Below, piece after piece: positions 32,365 through 41,363 of a DNA stretch of 64,000 bases; positions within the stretch are counted from its first letter, which is position 1; the number at the start of each line of letters is the position of its first letter. Under the pieces are notes generated by a model, which made no database searches, was not told the DNA's origin, and worked only from the letters and a program-made list of their open reading frames with translations. This DNA comes from an uncultured delta proteobacterium (lineage in GTDB: Bacteria > Desulfobacterota > Binatia > JACPRU01), in contig CAVUWD010000014.1 in NCBI GenBank assembly GCA_963745025.1, positions 1 through 64,000 on the forward strand. The letters run 5' to 3'. The translations under genes were made by a program, and so were the position numbers.

Positions 32365-32530
32365 GCTGGATTTTCCGGTCGGCCCGGATTCGGGTCGACC
32401 GGAAAATCCAGCCACCGCGCGCAAGCGCGGAAGACAATAGACCAGTGTCGAGGGTTATTGTCTTCCGCGCTACGCGCGGTCGCGGTCGATTGTGGTCGAC
32501 CCGAGTACGGGCCGACCACAACCGACCGCG
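32365..32530. repeat. Cluster of three ~48-50 bp hairpins
   Basis: Inverted repeats at 32365-32412, 32424-32471 and 32481-32530. Confidence 0.85.
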
Positions 32531-32632
32531 TCCGTCTCCTCGAGCGTCGTGCGAAAACTGATCGGGTGCGGGTCACATTCCCTCCGGCGACCCTCCCCTC
32601 CGTAGATCGAGGACCCGAGTGAGCATCCGAGC

Positions 32633-33493
32633 TCACACCTTACCGATCAAGCCCTTCTCCGCCTCGTCGATCAGGGTCAGCAGGCTCGCTTCGTCGCGCG
32701 CTCGGGGCGCGTAGACGATCAGCCGGGCGACACCGAGCGCGGCGAAGCGCTCCGCGGTTTCGCGGTCGGGGAGCAGCCGGTCGCGCTCGGGAACCGGCGT
32801 CACGCTGATCTCCACGTCCTCGAAACGGCGCCCCTTGCGCTCGCAGGCCGCGCGCACGCCCGCGATCGCGCCCTTCGTGCGCTCGAGGTCGAGGGCAAAG
32901 CCGTACCAGCCTTTGGCGAGGCGTGCGGCACGCGAGTACGCCGCCGGCGTGTGTCCGCCGAAGACAATCGGTGGATGCGGCTTCTGCGCGGGCTGCGGTC
33001 TCGCCTGGATGTTCGAGAAAGAGACGAACCGGCCCTCGAAGCGGGGCTTCTCCATCGTCCAGAGCGCGAGCATCGCGCCGAGATATTCTTCGCTGCGCGC
33101 CCCCTTGTCCTGGAACGACACACCGAGCGCCGCGAACTCGGGCTCGAGATAGCCGATGCCGATACCGAAGATCAGCCGCCCGCCGGAGAGCACGTCGAGC
33201 GACGCCAGTTCCTTGGCGAGAACCAGCGGGTTTCGCTGCGGCAGGATGATGATCCCGGTCCCGAGCCGGATGGTCGTCGTGTGCGCGGCGAGAAACCCGA
33301 GCGCGACCGTTGGATCGAGCATCGCCGAAAGCGGTGGGAGCGGCGACGGCGGCGCCTGCGGGTCGGGAAGCACGATGTGCTCGCCGGCCCAGAGGCTCTC
33401 GAAGCCAGCCGCTTCGGCGGCGCGCGCCACCCGAGCCGCGACCTTGGGGTCGGCGCACGGCCCCATGTTGCAGGCGAAGAGTCCGAATTTCAT
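32633..33493 (-). CDS. LLM class F420-dependent oxidoreductase (Rv2161c-like)
   Basis: GFESLWAGEHIV, TIRLGTGIIILPQRNPLVLAKELASLDVLSGGR. Confidence 0.92.
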   Translation of the reverse strand: MKFGLFACNMGPCADPKVAARVARAAEAAGFESLWAGEHIVLPDPQAPPSPLPPLSAMLDPTVALGFLAAHTTTIRLGTGIIILPQRNPLVLAKELASLDVLSGGRLIFGIGIGYLEPEFAALGVSFQDKGARSEEYLGAMLALWTMEKPRFEGRFVSFSNIQARPQPAQKPHPPIVFGGHTPAAYSRAARLAKGWYGFALDLERTKGAIAGVRAACERKGRRFEDVEISVTPVPERDRLLPDRETAERFAALGVARLIVYAPRARDEASLLTLIDEAEKGLIGKV

Positions 33494-33569
33494 GACAGCT
33501 CCTTTCGGCTCCTGGCTACGGGCTACGGGAAAAAACTCCGCGGCTTCTCTCCTGCAGCCTGTAGCCTCT

Positions 33570-36008
33570 TCAATAAAGCACCTTCTCCGCGCGCAGCCGC
33601 GCGATCTCCTCGGCCGGCATGCCCAGCAGCTCCCGCATCACGCGATCCGTGTGCTCGCCGATCAGCGGGGCGGGTGAGCGAACCCCGTTCGTCGTTTCGG
33701 CGAAGCGCCACGGAACGCCCGCGTGCGCGCGCACTCCGACCTCCGCGTGCTCGAGGCGCGTGAAGAAGCCACGCTCGTTCAGATGCGCATCCTCCACTAG
33801 ATCGCGGCTCGACATCGACGGGAATGCCGCCACACCGGCTGCCTGCAGCGCTCGCGTGATCTCCCAGCGGTCGCGCGTCTGCGTCCACGCGGTGATCTCT
33901 GCTTCGAGAGCATCCTCGTTGGCCTTCCGATCCTCGGCGGCCGCGAAGCGCGGATCGCTCGCCAGCTCGGTCCGCCCGATCACGCCACAGAGCGCTTGCC
34001 ACTCGCGGTCCGTGGCGCAGGCGATCGTCACCCAGGCATCCTCACCTGAAGCGCGAAAACAATTGCACGGCGACAGCAGCGGATCGCGGTTGCCGATCCG
34101 CTCCGGCAGACGTCCGCTCATCAGAAACTCCAACCACCCTTCGGCGACCAGCGCCGCCGTCGCTTCCCAGAGCGCGAGATCGATGTGCTGGCCCTTGCCC
34201 GTGCGTCGGTGCACGACGAGCGCCGCGAGCACTCCTGCTGCCGCGGTGATGCCGCCGGTGGGATCGCCATAAGAGATCCCCACCTCTGCGGGCGGCCCGC
34301 CGGGATAGCCGGTGAGCGATGCGAGCCCGGAAAGCGGCACGATCGCCGGGCCGTAACCCATGTAACTTCGCTGCGGCCCGGTATGCCCGTAACCGGAGAT
34401 CGACGCCATGATGATGTCGGGCTTCACCTGGCGCAGATCCTCGTAACTCAGCCCGAGTCGCTCCATCACGCCGGTCGCGAAGTTCTCGACCACGACGTCG
34501 CTCTTGGCGATCAGGCGGCGGGCGATCTCGATTGCACCCGGCGCGGCGAGGTTCAAGAGCACGCTCTGCTTGCCCTGATTCCACTGATTGAAATAGCCCG
34601 AGCGGTTGAGGCCCGGCTCCATGCCGGCCGGCGTGATCGGCAGCCGGCGCGCAGCGTCGGGCCGCGCCTGCGACTCGAGGCGGATGACCTCGGCGCCGAG
34701 GTGGGCGAGCTGCATCGCGCAGAATGGGCCCGCCCAGACCCAGCTGAAGTCGACGACGCGCACGCCCGCGAGCGGAAGTGGCTGCTCCGCGCGCGGGCCG
34801 GGAGCCGATGACTGCGCCGCGCTCGCACCGTTCGGCCTCGACGCGAGCATCTCACGGTTGTGCTCGCCGAGACGCGGCGCGGGGCGACGGATCCGCCACC
34901 ACGGGTCGTGGAGACGGTAGGGCGGGCCGGGCAGGCGAAGCGTTCCCGCGCGCGGATGCTCCGCCTCGACGAAGAATCCGCGCGCGCGAAGCTGGGCCTC
35001 GTCGGCGAGGGCGGCCATCGTGAAGACCGGAGCGAAGCAGACGCGCCGCTCCTGACCCGCGCGGAAGAGGTCCGCCACTCTCCATTGACGCGTCCACTCC
35101 GTGAGGTAGGGCTTCATCACGTCGGCGTTGTCGGCGCGTCCCACCAGCCCGCGGAAGATCTCCCAGCTCGCCCATTCCGGATTGCCCATCAGCTCGACCA
35201 GCCGTCTCCACTGGTCGTCCTCGACGATCACCAGGAAGATCAGCCCGTCCGCGCACTCGAAGATTCCCCACGGAAAGAGCAGTCGCTGCCCGAGACGAGA
35301 CGCGACCTTTTCGCAGTAGGTGAAATAGACCAGGTTCTGCTCGATGAACGAGGCGACGTGCGCCTGGACGGAGAGATCGACGTGCTCTCCGCGGCCGGAC
35401 GCGAGCGCGCGGAAGTAGGCTCCGAGAGAGGCGACGGCGGCGCTCAGGCCCGCGTGGAAGTCGGATTGGTGGCCGAAGGCCTTGAGCGGCGGCAGGTCCG
35501 GGCGGTCCGAGGCGCCGGGTGCGACCCAGGCCCATCCGCCGCCGTGCGCCATCGTGATCTCCTCGGCCCGATAGTCGCGATGCGGTCCGGTGAGCCCGAA
35601 CGGCGTGATCGAGCAGAGCACGAGGCGGGGATTGATCGCACGGAGCCGCTCGTAGTCGAGTCCCCGCGCCGCCATCTCTTTCGGCGCGTAGTTGTGGACG
35701 ACGATCTCCGCCCACTCGGCGATCCGCTCGAGCTGCGGCCGCTCGCGCGGATCGGTCAAATCGAGCGTCACGCCCCGCTTGTTGGTATTGAGATAGAGGA
35801 AGAGGCCGCTCTTCTCGGGGTCGGCGATGCCTCCCGGGAACGGTCCGCGCATCCGCGCAACGTCCCCGGTCGGCTCCTCGACTTTGACCACGTCCGCGCC
35901 GAGATCGGCCATGATCTTCGTCGCGTAGGCGGCCGACACCAAGTGGCCGAGCTCGGCGATGCGGATGCCTTCGAGCCCCTGCATCGTGACGACGCGGTCG
36001 TGGGTCAT
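33570..36008 (-). CDS. Fused double-domain family III CoA transferase (CaiB/BaiF)
   Basis: Two CaiB domains: LADLGADVVKVE...NTNKRG and PLAGVRVVDFSWVWAGP...NQGKQS. Confidence 0.93.
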   Translation of the reverse strand: MTHDRVVTMQGLEGIRIAELGHLVSAAYATKIMADLGADVVKVEEPTGDVARMRGPFPGGIADPEKSGLFLYLNTNKRGVTLDLTDPRERPQLERIAEWAEIVVHNYAPKEMAARGLDYERLRAINPRLVLCSITPFGLTGPHRDYRAEEITMAHGGGWAWVAPGASDRPDLPPLKAFGHQSDFHAGLSAAVASLGAYFRALASGRGEHVDLSVQAHVASFIEQNLVYFTYCEKVASRLGQRLLFPWGIFECADGLIFLVIVEDDQWRRLVELMGNPEWASWEIFRGLVGRADNADVMKPYLTEWTRQWRVADLFRAGQERRVCFAPVFTMAALADEAQLRARGFFVEAEHPRAGTLRLPGPPYRLHDPWWRIRRPAPRLGEHNREMLASRPNGASAAQSSAPGPRAEQPLPLAGVRVVDFSWVWAGPFCAMQLAHLGAEVIRLESQARPDAARRLPITPAGMEPGLNRSGYFNQWNQGKQSVLLNLAAPGAIEIARRLIAKSDVVVENFATGVMERLGLSYEDLRQVKPDIIMASISGYGHTGPQRSYMGYGPAIVPLSGLASLTGYPGGPPAEVGISYGDPTGGITAAAGVLAALVVHRRTGKGQHIDLALWEATAALVAEGWLEFLMSGRLPERIGNRDPLLSPCNCFRASGEDAWVTIACATDREWQALCGVIGRTELASDPRFAAAEDRKANEDALEAEITAWTQTRDRWEITRALQAAGVAAFPSMSSRDLVEDAHLNERGFFTRLEHAEVGVRAHAGVPWRFAETTNGVRSPAPLIGEHTDRVMRELLGMPAEEIARLRAEKVLY

Positions 36009-36116
36009 CTTGGCGATCGACTCCGCGGAGGGTGGCGTCGCGGTATCATCGGAATTGTTCCCCGCCGCCGCATAGCGCTTGTCGCGGGAGAGCCGCAAGG
36101 AGTAGAGGGGAGTCGC

Positions 36117-37457
36117 GTGAAAATTCGCACCGACGAGCGCTGGCGCGCGCGCTGCGGAGGCAAGCTCTGCAGCGCGGCCGAGGCCGTTCAGGTGGTCGCC
36201 AGCGGACATTCCGTCTACGCGGGAGGGTGGACCTCCGTGCCGGTGATGCTCTGCCGCGCGCTGGCGGCGCGCCGTGGCGAGCTTCGCGACGTGACGATCG
36301 GGACTTACCTCGCGCCGTTTTCCTGGGATGACGCCGCGACGCTCGAGAGCTTCCGTATTCGCACCTTCTACGCGGGACCCTTCGAGCGCCCCGCCGTCCA
36401 GACAGGCCGCTTCGACTACGTGCCGATCGCGCAGTGGCGTACGGGCCAGATGCCACCAGGGTTCGGCGAGCGCTTCGACGTGGCGATGATCCCGATCTCA
36501 CCGCCCGACGCGGAGGGGTATTGCTCGTTCGGCACCGGCGTCTGGTTCGGGCCGACGGCGATGGCCAACGCCGAATTGGTGATCGGCGAGGTGCATCCGG
36601 AGTTCATCCGCACCGGCGGGCAGAACCGCGTGCACGTCTCGCGCTTTGAGCGGCTCGCCGAGATCGATGCCAAGCCGCCGCCCTCGCCCATCCCCCCGCG
36701 CTCCGAGGAGACCGAGATCGCGGCGCGGGCGATCTGCACGCTCGTCGCGGCCGAGATCGTCCGCGATCGCGCAACCCTGCAGATCGGGATCGGAGACGTG
36801 TCCGCGGCGCTCCTCGCCTTTCTCGACGACAAGCACGATCTCGGCATCCATACCGAGCTCTGTCCGGCAGGCGTTGCCGATCTCGTCCGGCGCGGCGTCG
36901 TCACCGGCAAGTACAAGTCGCTTCACCCGGGAAAGGTCGTCGCCTCGGCGCTCGGGCAGATGTCCGACGACGAGCTCGACTTCATCGATGGGAACCCGGC
37001 CTTCGAGCTCCACGACTTCACCTACACGGACGACCTGCGCAATCTGTTGCTGATAGAGAACTTCATCGCCATCAACAACGCGCTGGCCGTCGACCTGACC
37101 GGCAACGTGTGCTCCGAGACGCGCGGCCCGGAAGTGTTCAGCGGTCCGGGAGGCCAACCGGCATTCGCGGTCAGTGCGTCGATCACGAGCGGCGGCTCGG
37201 TGATCGTGCTGCCGTCATCGCAGCTGCGGCCCGAGGGACGTCAGCCGCGGATCGTCGCCGCGCTCGCGCCCGGCTCGACCACGACGCTGCATCGGGGCTT
37301 CGTCGATTGCGTCGTGACCGAGCAAGGCGTGGCCCGACTGCGCGGTAAGAGCCTCCGCGAGCGGATCGGCGAGATGATCGCCGTCGCACACCCGGATTTC
37401 CGCGGCGAGCTGCGGAGCGAGGCCAAGCGGCTATACGGCGTGACGGTCTGTGGCTAG
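36117..37457 (+). CDS. Acetyl-CoA hydrolase / 4-hydroxybutyrate CoA-transferase family
   Basis: TLQIGIG, DLGIHTE, INNALAVDLTG, SGPGGQ, VVTEQGVARLRG, AHPDFR. Confidence 0.92.
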   Translation: MKIRTDERWRARCGGKLCSAAEAVQVVASGHSVYAGGWTSVPVMLCRALAARRGELRDVTIGTYLAPFSWDDAATLESFRIRTFYAGPFERPAVQTGRFDYVPIAQWRTGQMPPGFGERFDVAMIPISPPDAEGYCSFGTGVWFGPTAMANAELVIGEVHPEFIRTGGQNRVHVSRFERLAEIDAKPPPSPIPPRSEETEIAARAICTLVAAEIVRDRATLQIGIGDVSAALLAFLDDKHDLGIHTELCPAGVADLVRRGVVTGKYKSLHPGKVVASALGQMSDDELDFIDGNPAFELHDFTYTDDLRNLLLIENFIAINNALAVDLTGNVCSETRGPEVFSGPGGQPAFAVSASITSGGSVIVLPSSQLRPEGRQPRIVAALAPGSTTTLHRGFVDCVVTEQGVARLRGKSLRERIGEMIAVAHPDFRGELRSEAKRLYGVTVCG

Positions 37458-37521
37458 CTCGGCAGGATGTTGCATCCCCTTTGATCGCGCCCGTTGGGAG
37501 CGATCCGTGACGCAGGCTCCT
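37454..37521. repeat. Copy of the CTAG-initiated intergenic element
   Basis: CTAGCTCGGCAGGATGTTGCATCCCCTTTGATCGCG..., near-identical to 30598-30663. Confidence 0.85.
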
Positions 37522-37568
37522 CGTCCGCGTAGGCACTCTGTGGCGGCGTGACGCGGGCCGCGGAAGGT

Positions 37569-40500
37569 CTATTCGGACGGCCGCCGCTCGGGGGCGTCGA
37601 TGCTGGCCATCAGGCGGAGGAGCTTGTCGCGGCGCAGCGGCTTCACCATGTGCTCGTTGAAGCCCGACTCGAGCGCGCGGCGGCGGTCGATCGGCTGACC
37701 GTAGCCGGTGAGCGCCACGAGATAGACGAAGTTGGTGCCTTCGGAGGCGCGGATCTCGCGTGCGACGTCGTAGCCATCGAGCCCCGGCAGGCCGATGTCG
37801 ATGAAGGCAATCTCCGGCGCGCGCGACAGCGCGAGCTCCACGGCCTCGTTGCCGTTGCTCGCGGCGTCGACGCGGTGACCCGACGCTTCGAGCAGCAGCC
37901 GCAGCGACTCCCGCGAATCGGCGTGATCCTCCGCGATGAGGACGTGGCGGGCCACGACCTTACCGAGCTCCGGCGTCGATTCGGCTGCGGCGCGGTCGTC
38001 GGAGGGATGCGCCGGCAGACGTACCCGAAACTCGCTCCCCTGCCCCACACCCGCGCTCTCCACCTCGACGGAGCCGCCGTGTAGCTCGGCGAGTCGGCGC
38101 ACCAGCGTGAGCCCGATGCCAAGCCCCCCGCGCGGACGATCCAGCGACTGCTTTCCCTGAACGAAAAGATCGAAGATGCGCGGCAGCAAGTCCGGCTCGA
38201 TCCCTTGTCCGTTGTCGCGTACGCGAAGCTGCGCCCCGGCGCTGCCGTGACGCTCGACGGCGACCTCGACCTCCCCCCCGTCCGGCGTGTACTTGAGCGC
38301 GTTCTCGATGAGGTTGGTGATGATCTGCTCGAGGCGGACGGGATCGGCGTCGACGAAGACCGACTCGCCGCCGCAATGGACGAAGTGCCGCGACGCTTTG
38401 CCGGCGGCTCGCAGCGACTCGAGGGTCTGGTTGGTGAGCTCCAGTAGATCCACGAGGCGCGTCCGCAGGCGGATCTTCCCCGAGATCAGCCGCGTGACGT
38501 CGAGCAGGTCGTCGACGAGCTGGGCGAGCGTCTCGGTCTGGCGGCCGATGATCGAGCAGAGCATCTCACCTGCCCCGTCGCCGCTCCGTGCTTGCGAGAT
38601 CTCAAGCGCCTCGACGCTGTTGCGGATCGCGCCGATCGGGTTGCGCAGCTCGTGCCCGAGCATGGCGAGGAACTCATCCTTGGCTCGACTGGCGGTCTCG
38701 GCCGCTTCGCGTGCGCGTCGCTCCGCCTCGTAGAGCTCGGCGTTGTCGATCGCCACCGCCGCGTGGGCCGCGATGCCGGCAACGACGCGCTCCTCGCGCT
38801 TGGTGAAGGCACCCGGGTCCGGATGGGCGAGCCAGAGGCCGCCGAGGATCCGGCCCGTCCGGGAGACGACGGGGACTGCAAGAACGCTGGCAACCGAAGG
38901 CCCGGCGAAGGGAATCTCGACGCCGGACGGCGGCGGTCCGCTTCTCAGGTCGTCGATTCGCAGTGGCCCATCGCTGGAGAAGAGGCGGATCGGAAAGCCC
39001 GTCGAGCGCAGCGCCGGCAGCCCGAACGTAGCCCGAGACGTTCCCGCCGACGTATAGCTTCGGTACCCTTGTCCCTGGCCGTCGCGCGAGTGGTAGAAGA
39101 ACGTGCCGAATTGGGCGTTGGCGAGCTTCGTCGCCGCGTCGGTGATCTCCTGAATGAGCTTGTCGACGTCGAGCGTGCCCGAGGACATGGACGAGAGGCG
39201 GGTCACCGTCTCGAGCGCGGCACCCTCCTCGCGCAACCGTTCGTCGCCTCGCTTGCGTTCGATGAACTGACCGATCTGATTGCCGAGCGAGGCGACGAGC
39301 GCGAGCAGGCGCTCGTCGGGGAGGAGCGCATCTCCACTGTAGAGCTCGACGACGCCGATAAATTCCTCGCGCGCACGGATCGGTGCCCCGATTGCGGCAT
39401 GGAGGGCTTCCCGCTCCGCGGCGGGGGCGCGCAACAGCCCTTCCTCGCGCGCGACGTCGGCAATCCACAGCGGCTGACCGCTCGCCCACACGCGTCCGGG
39501 AAATTCCTCGCCGCGAGCGAACGTGAGGTCGCGGGCCGCAGCTGCGAACGCGGACGTGCCGTTCGCCGACGCTTGCCAGACCTCGGCGCAGCGAAGCACG
39601 CCGAGCTCGCGGTCGAGCGTCCATACCGCCGCCGTCTCCCAGCCGAGCGTCGAGCCGAAGGCGGCGAGAAGGCGCGGCAGCGCCGCGTGCAGGGTTTGAG
39701 ACTCCGCGAGGATCTTCGCCGTCTCGTACTGTGCGGCAAGCCGCTGCTCGTGCTCCTTCCGGTCCGTGACATCGATCATGACGCCGCGTTGCCAGTGTCG
39801 ATCGCCATTTGCCGGGCCCGCGTAGAGGCGACTCTCGAGCCACCGGACGCGGCCATCCGCGGTGACGGTTCGGAACTCGAAGTCGCAATCCCGCCGCTCC
39901 TCGTCGGCGGCGCGGAGCGCGGCCGCGATGCGCTCACGATCGCGTGGGTGCGGGAGCCGCGACCAAACGTCGCCGCTGGCGAGCAAACGCTCGGGTGAAT
40001 CGCCCAGCATCTCCCGGACAGCAGAGCTCACGAACTTGAGCCGGCCGCTCTCGAGATCGGCTTCCCAGACAATCGCGTCGAGATCGCGCAGCAGTTCCAG
40101 ATAGTGGGCCCGTGAACGTTCCGCCTGCTCACGAGCGGCATTCGCGCGCATGAGCCGCGCGTGCGCTCGAGACGCTACCTGCAGGGCTTGCTCCGCCCGA
40201 CGCATGCCGTCCGAGCCCAGCCAGATGATGTCCACGAAGCTCGCCATCGCCAGCGTGACGAGCAGCGAGATCGCTCCCGCGTGATCGAGCCACCCGGACC
40301 GCACCCCGACGATCGCGAACAGGCCGACGAGCAGCGGTCCGCCGATTGCCAGGGGCAAAAGCCGCCGGGCCACCCGACCGGCCGGGCTATCGCTGCCGAG
40401 CAGCCCCACCGCGGCGGACTCGATGCGCGTCGAGAGCAGCGCCGCGGCGGCGAGCACGAAGAAGAGTGTCGAACCAAGGCCCACGCCCGTGCGCGGTTCA

Positions 40501-41075
40501 AACGCCCCGGCCGCTCCGCAGAGCCTCGCCAGGCCAAGTTGCAGGAGCACGAACAACGAAGCGAGCACGAGAAAGTCGGAGAGGCGGTGGTGCTGCGGCG
40601 TCTTCACGTCGATGGCGAACGCCGCAGCCCCGAGTAAGACGAACTCTACGGCGCTCGGCAAGCTCATGCGCACGTCGGCGGCGGAGCCGCCCCCGCCCGC
40701 GAACAGCCGATCGATGCGAAGATCGACGCCGAAGAGGTGCTCGGCGGCGGTCGCGGCGCCGAGAAGAGCGACGACGAGCCCGAGCGCCTTGCCCGCGACT
40801 TGCCGTCGCGAGTTCTCCTCTGCCACGAGAAAGGCCGCGGCCGACAAAGCGAGGAACGGGACGGCGGCGCTCGGTCCGAGAGGGGACGAACCGGGAAGAA
40901 TGCGCGCCACGAGACTCGCCCCGAGAAGATGGTCCGCGAGGGCGAGGGCTGTGAAGGCGAAGAGCAAACCCGTGGTGATACGAACGAACCGGTCGGCCGT
41001 CTTCGAACGCAGCGAAGATGACTCCACGACCGACCCCTCCACGTTGCTACCAACCCACACGAAAGGCTCGCCCAC
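37569..41075 (-). CDS. Membrane hybrid sensor histidine kinase (TM-PAS-GAF-GAF-HisKA-HATPase-REC)
   Basis: KDEFLAMLGHELRNP, NLIENALKYT, DNGQGI, GLGIGL, DIGLPGLDG; exact start uncertain. Confidence 0.92.
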   Translation of the reverse strand: MGEPFVWVGSNVEGSVVESSSLRSKTADRFVRITTGLLFAFTALALADHLLGASLVARILPGSSPLGPSAAVPFLALSAAAFLVAEENSRRQVAGKALGLVVALLGAATAAEHLFGVDLRIDRLFAGGGGSAADVRMSLPSAVEFVLLGAAAFAIDVKTPQHHRLSDFLVLASLFVLLQLGLARLCGAAGAFEPRTGVGLGSTLFFVLAAAALLSTRIESAAVGLLGSDSPAGRVARRLLPLAIGGPLLVGLFAIVGVRSGWLDHAGAISLLVTLAMASFVDIIWLGSDGMRRAEQALQVASRAHARLMRANAAREQAERSRAHYLELLRDLDAIVWEADLESGRLKFVSSAVREMLGDSPERLLASGDVWSRLPHPRDRERIAAALRAADEERRDCDFEFRTVTADGRVRWLESRLYAGPANGDRHWQRGVMIDVTDRKEHEQRLAAQYETAKILAESQTLHAALPRLLAAFGSTLGWETAAVWTLDRELGVLRCAEVWQASANGTSAFAAAARDLTFARGEEFPGRVWASGQPLWIADVAREEGLLRAPAAEREALHAAIGAPIRAREEFIGVVELYSGDALLPDERLLALVASLGNQIGQFIERKRGDERLREEGAALETVTRLSSMSSGTLDVDKLIQEITDAATKLANAQFGTFFYHSRDGQGQGYRSYTSAGTSRATFGLPALRSTGFPIRLFSSDGPLRIDDLRSGPPPSGVEIPFAGPSVASVLAVPVVSRTGRILGGLWLAHPDPGAFTKREERVVAGIAAHAAVAIDNAELYEAERRAREAAETASRAKDEFLAMLGHELRNPIGAIRNSVEALEISQARSGDGAGEMLCSIIGRQTETLAQLVDDLLDVTRLISGKIRLRTRLVDLLELTNQTLESLRAAGKASRHFVHCGGESVFVDADPVRLEQIITNLIENALKYTPDGGEVEVAVERHGSAGAQLRVRDNGQGIEPDLLPRIFDLFVQGKQSLDRPRGGLGIGLTLVRRLAELHGGSVEVESAGVGQGSEFRVRLPAHPSDDRAAAESTPELGKVVARHVLIAEDHADSRESLRLLLEASGHRVDAASNGNEAVELALSRAPEIAFIDIGLPGLDGYDVAREIRASEGTNFVYLVALTGYGQPIDRRRALESGFNEHMVKPLRRDKLLRLMASIDAPERRPSE

Positions 41076-41363
41076 CGGCGGCGCCTTTCATTATCACGTT
41101 CTTCGCGGCGACCGATAGGGCTCAGCGGCGGCGGTAGTGGGTCGTTTCGGGATCTGCTCAAATGAGGAAGAGGACGTTGCCGCACAATCGGAATCGTTTT
41201 CCTCATTTGGCGCGAGCGATGAAAACAAATCCGGCGATGCGGCGACGTCCCCTTCCTCTGCGGCTTCGGGCGCCAAAATGGCCCACCACCTCGGCGGCGG
41301 GCGCCTATACACTCCGTAACCTCGAGTGGTAAGACCGCGGGCGGGGACAAGGCGACGAACGGC

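Noticed and set aside
34860-36116. N-terminal extension making an 865-aa CoA-transferase ORF
   Set aside because: Overlaps the CaiB gene antisense; the real start is likely GTG 36117 after a GGGGAG RBS
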